DNA of 64,000 nucleotides from Pecten maximus (Eukaryota). Positions 59,754 through 64,000 of this stretch are shown in pieces. Position numbers and translations under genes: made by a program. The stretch is from contig NC_047020.1 in assembly GCF_902652985.1 (NCBI RefSeq), positions 47,182,001 through 47,246,000 of the forward strand. The letters are read 5' to 3'. How positions within the stretch are numbered: position 1 is the stretch's first letter; each line of letters starts with the position of its first letter. Below the pieces are notes generated by a model that was not told where the DNA came from, made no database searches, and saw only the letters and a list, made by a program, of their open reading frames with translations.

Positions 59754-62700
59754 CTTTGCTGGAAAAATAATACTAGATATTAGTTTGTTAAAAAATGTTT
59801 CTCGTTCTAGGTTAAAAAATGTTTGACCTTCTCCTTTCTGCAAGCAGTTATAAATGCAACATCATAACAAAATAAGTATATAAAGGTTTTTAGATGCATG
59901 ACAAATTTAAATGAGAAATTAATAGAATCATTTCAATTAAAGTTATTATTGATCCTATCACGCTGATTTTTCAGTTTCTTTGGTCTTCTTTCCTATTTGA
60001 TAACATATTTGATAAGTCGGCTATTCCTATAATTTCCTATTAGCTATAATCTTTGCTTTTTTCAATGATGCATTTTTTTCAAAGATTTGAATAAGAATTC
60101 AAGAAATTCAAAAGATAATAAACTAATTATAAGAAATTTAAAAGTTGCTTAAAATCTTTCATATATCACAATTGTAACATATAATCTTAAAATTACCTCG
60201 CACAGATTATAAACAGCATAAATTTTTCTATCAAATCTAACATAAGGTAACATGATGTTTCGCTATGCTATTTGATATTTTCAATTGGTGAAAAATCTGG
60301 ATGAATGTTGTGAATTTTTATTTTTAAATTGCAAAGAAATCAGGCAATTTGTAATTAGGAAAGGGGTTGAATATTGATCGCAAATATAGAGCTGGAAAAT
60401 CAGAGAATCACATTTCATTGTTGAGAAAAGGTTAAAATAATGTGATAGCATCATGTTATGTGAAGATTTGATGTAAGAAAGAAGTTGGATTTCTGTTATT
60501 GGTCTACAATTTTTGTTGTTGTAATATTGCTTCATGGTTAGATTTTCTTCTTTTGATGGCCATTTGCTTTCATGCAAGCATTTGTATACTTGAAATTTCA
60601 CTTTAAATTTATTATCATTTGACATGAAGGATTTACAAATATTGTGAATTTGACACCTTTTTTAATCAATGTGGAACATGGTTATATGCTGTTTTGTTTG
60701 GAGATATCTGATCAGTAATCAATGACAATCATGTTAATTTTACAACAACAAAAATTGTAGACCAATAACAGAAATCCAACTTCTTTCTTACATCAAATCT
60801 TCACATAACATGATGCTATCACATTATTTTAACCTTTTCTCAACAATGAAATGTGATTCTCTGATTTTCCAGCTCTATATTTGCGATCAATATTCAACCC
60901 CTTTCCTAATTACAAATTGCCTGATTTCTTTGCAATTTAAAAATAAAAATTCACAACATTCATCCAGATTTTTCACCAATTGAAAATATCAAATAGCATA
61001 GCGAAACATCATGTTACCTTATGTTAGATTTGATAGAAAAATTTATGCTGTTTATAATCTGTGCGAGGTAATTTTAAGATTATATGTTACAATTTTGATA
61101 TATGAAAGATTTTAAGCAACTTTTAAATTTCTTATAATTAGTTTATTATCTTTTGAATTTCTTGAATTCTTATTCAAATCTTTGAAAAAAATGCATCATT
61201 GAAAAAAGCAAAGATTATAGCTAATAGGAAATTATAGGAATAGCCGACTTATCAAATATGTTATCAAATAGGAAAGAAGACCAAAGAAACTGAAAAATCA
61301 GCGTGATAGGATCAATAATAACTTTAATTGAAATGATTCTATTAATTTCTCATTTAAATTTGTCATGCATCTAAAAACCTTTATATACTTATTTTGTTAT
61401 GATGTTGCATTTATAACTGCTTGCAGAAAGGAGAAGGTCAAACATTTTTTAACCTAGAACGAGAAACATTTTTTAACAAACTAATATCTAGTATTATTTT
61501 TCCAGCAAAGATGCGCTGTTCCAGAAAAAAGTCACTTGGTCGCCGTCCCCGACGCAGAAGGAAAGACAGGTGTGAGAACACATGTACCACAGACGTATTT
61601 GGAGCAAGTGAAATGGAGGATGAATGTCACCAGGACCTTGCACCACAGTGCAGTATATTGGAAAATGACCAGTGCAGTGATATCACCGGCACAGATGATA
61701 ACACTATCATGGGTCCTTTGTCATTTTATGACAGCTTAAGGTCTGATCTTTCAAGTGCTGTGACTTTCCCTTATCAAGTGAACTCTTATTGAGAGTACAT
61801 TCAAATAGTGGAACTATATCCTTCCGCAGACAAAGTCAGCCAACCAACAGTGAAATTGACGGTTACAATTGACACTGATTTAAGTGCTAAACTTTTTGTA
61901 CATAGAATCGAAATATGTAAAGATGATGACTTTTGGATTGGTCTACCAACATTGTTTGATACACCATTGAAGATAAGTGCTATTTTAGAGAAACTTAAGA
62001 GCTATACTGTTTGTTTTAGGAGTCCAGATGAGTGCTTTCAGAGTATGGTTGAAGTTGGAACTCTAATTGACAACAACACCGGAGATACAAGTTCTTCAGC
62101 ATATAGAGAAGGTGACTTCAGCGCTGTTAAAGGAGATACAAGATATTCTTCAACAATTCGAAGTACTATGTGCAAGTTGTTAGTGCAAGGTGCAAGATGT
62201 CAACCATGTTCAAAAGTGAGACATATGTTGTGGGGACGAAAAACACGTCAAGAGGAAAAGTCACGCCTACTGGAAAGCAGTCCACCCCCAAATTATATCG
62301 AAAAACAATATAGACATTCCAACATGGACAGGAAAGCTCTTATCGAAAAAATCAAACAGCAGCAAGGAAAGATTAAAGGACTTCAAAGTGAGATTGTCAG
62401 ACAACAGAGACATTTTAAACAAGAGCTGAGAAGTAAAGGCGTGGAGGTTGATGTTGGACAAAACATGGAACTGTGTGAGCTCATGGCTTCATGTCAAGAT
62501 GATGTTCGGAGAGCTTTCCCAAACGAAAACAGCTTTCAGAGACTATTTTGGGAAGAACAATTGAAATGTACAAATGCTAAGTCTTTAAAGGGTATGAGAT
62601 GGCATCCTATGGTGATCCGTTGGTGTTTGTATTTAAGACACAAATCTTCGGCTGCATATGAAGCGATGATAAATTCAGGTTTTATCACACTTCCAAGTGC

Positions 62701-63619
62701 TCGCACACTTTTTGATTTTTCTCATTATACCAAAAGTGCTCTTGGATTCCAAAAAGATGACAATCAGATGCTTAGGGAGGAAGCAAGGAAAAAGGGAATG
62801 CTGAATCCTGAGGAGCCATTCAGAAATTGTGTCGGTCTATTATTTGATGAAATCAAAGTGCGATCGGACTTAATTTATGACAAGCATACTGGGGAACTGA
62901 TAGGGTATTGTGACATTGACAAAGTCGGTAATGAACTTTTGAATCTGGAAAAGCAGGTAAAGAATGAAACCCCAGACATTGCAAAGTTCATGTTGGTACT
63001 AATGGTGAGAGGGATAGCTGTGGGCCTGAGATTTCCTTTGGCTGCCTTTGCCACAACAAGTATCACAGCAGACTTGTTGTATTCAATTTTATGGAAGGCT
63101 GTAGCTATTTTGGAAGTAAACATTAATTTGAAAGTGCTTTTTTTCACATGTGATGGAGCTTCGCCAAACAGGAAATTTTTCCAGATGCATCGAGTAAATG
63201 ATGACCATGAGCTTGTTTACAAAACTGTCCATCCCCATTGTCCTGACAGGGAAATTTATTTTATATCCGATGTGCCACATCTTTTGAAAACAACACGAAA
63301 CTGCTTTGCAAACTCGTATTCTCACAGAAACACACGGAAACTATGGAAAGATGGGAAGGACATTTCATGGCTTCACATACTAAAATTGTACGAGGACCAT
63401 TGTGAACTTGGCATTTATAACCCTTGCCCAAAATTGACACGAGGACATGTTGATTTGACATCATTTTCATGTATGAAGGTTTGTCTAGCAGCACAAGTCT
63501 TGAGTTCCTCTGTTGCAACTGCACTCGAAGTGATGTATGGGGACAATGTCAGCGAGACCATCAACTTTGTTCGAATAATGAATACATTTTTTGATGTTTT
63601 GAATGTGAGACATCTCTTC
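57645..63619. repeat. 2880-bp inverted duplication (arms 57645-60524 and 60740-63619, 215-bp spacer)
   Basis: Arm coordinates sum constantly to 121264 (no indels); about 10 substitutions seen. Confidence 0.97.
61511..63619 (+). pseudogene. Second, 3'-truncated copy of the P-like transposase
   Basis: Mirror of 57645-59753, shares the TGA at 61790-92, and breaks after 'FDVLNVRHLF', before the catalytic QDPLE motif. Confidence 0.92.
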
Positions 63620-64000
63620 ATGACGTACCCATTGAGGAGAAAGACCATGACATCCCCATTGAGAAAGACCATGACATCCCCATTGAGGAGAAATACCATG
63701 ACGTCCCCATTGAGGAGAAAGACCATGACGTCCCCATTGAGGAGAAAGACCATGACGTCCCCATTGAAAAAGACCATGACATCCCCATGGAGGAGAAATA
63801 CCATGACGTCCCCATTGAGGAGAAAGACCATGACGTCCCCATTGAGGAGAAAGACCATGACGTCCCCATTGAAAAAGACCATGACATCCCCATTGAGGAG
63901 AAAGACCATGACGGCCCCATTGAGGAGAAAGACCATGACATCCCCATGGAGGAGAAAAACCATGACATCCCCATTGAAGAGAAAGACCATGACGTCTCTA
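63620..64000 (+). repeat. 27-bp minisatellite (with 24-bp variants), running off the window
   Basis: ATGAC(G/A)TCCCCATTGAGGAGAAAGACC about 14 times. Confidence 0.97.

Noticed and set aside
63415-63990. 191-aa and 118-aa minus-strand repetitive ORFs
   Set aside because: Stop-free translations of the 27-bp minisatellite with no independent coding evidence.

Overview
AT-rich eukaryotic DNA made almost entirely of nested transposable elements, with no recognisable host housekeeping gene. The repeat families suggest a bivalve mollusc, but that is inference. Left of a 500-N gap (18260-18759), a decayed Gmr1-type Gypsy element is split by a very young BEL/Pao element. The BEL is a tandem dimer with three LTRs (1182-17424, TSD GGGAG), and both copies share one frameshift in RT. 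Right of the gap, in order: a spliced SWIM+YqaJ nuclease gene (ISL2EU-like), a Gypsy-type solo LTR, Helentron-type satellite-bearing elements, a 161-bp tRNA-containing mini-LTR, a 760-bp inverted duplication enclosing a palindromic minisatellite and an SGNH-hydrolase relic, a six-exon Sola transposase, LINE/SINE 3' fragments and palindromic 21-mer arrays. At the right end is a P-element-like transposase lacking THAP and its usual C-terminal domain. It faces a separate C2H2-finger gene that appears to carry that missing domain. The 5' 2.9 kb of the transposase locus is duplicated head-to-head as a near-perfect palindrome whose right arm runs in frame into a 27-bp minisatellite. All family assignments come from motif recognition by eye; no database search was run.
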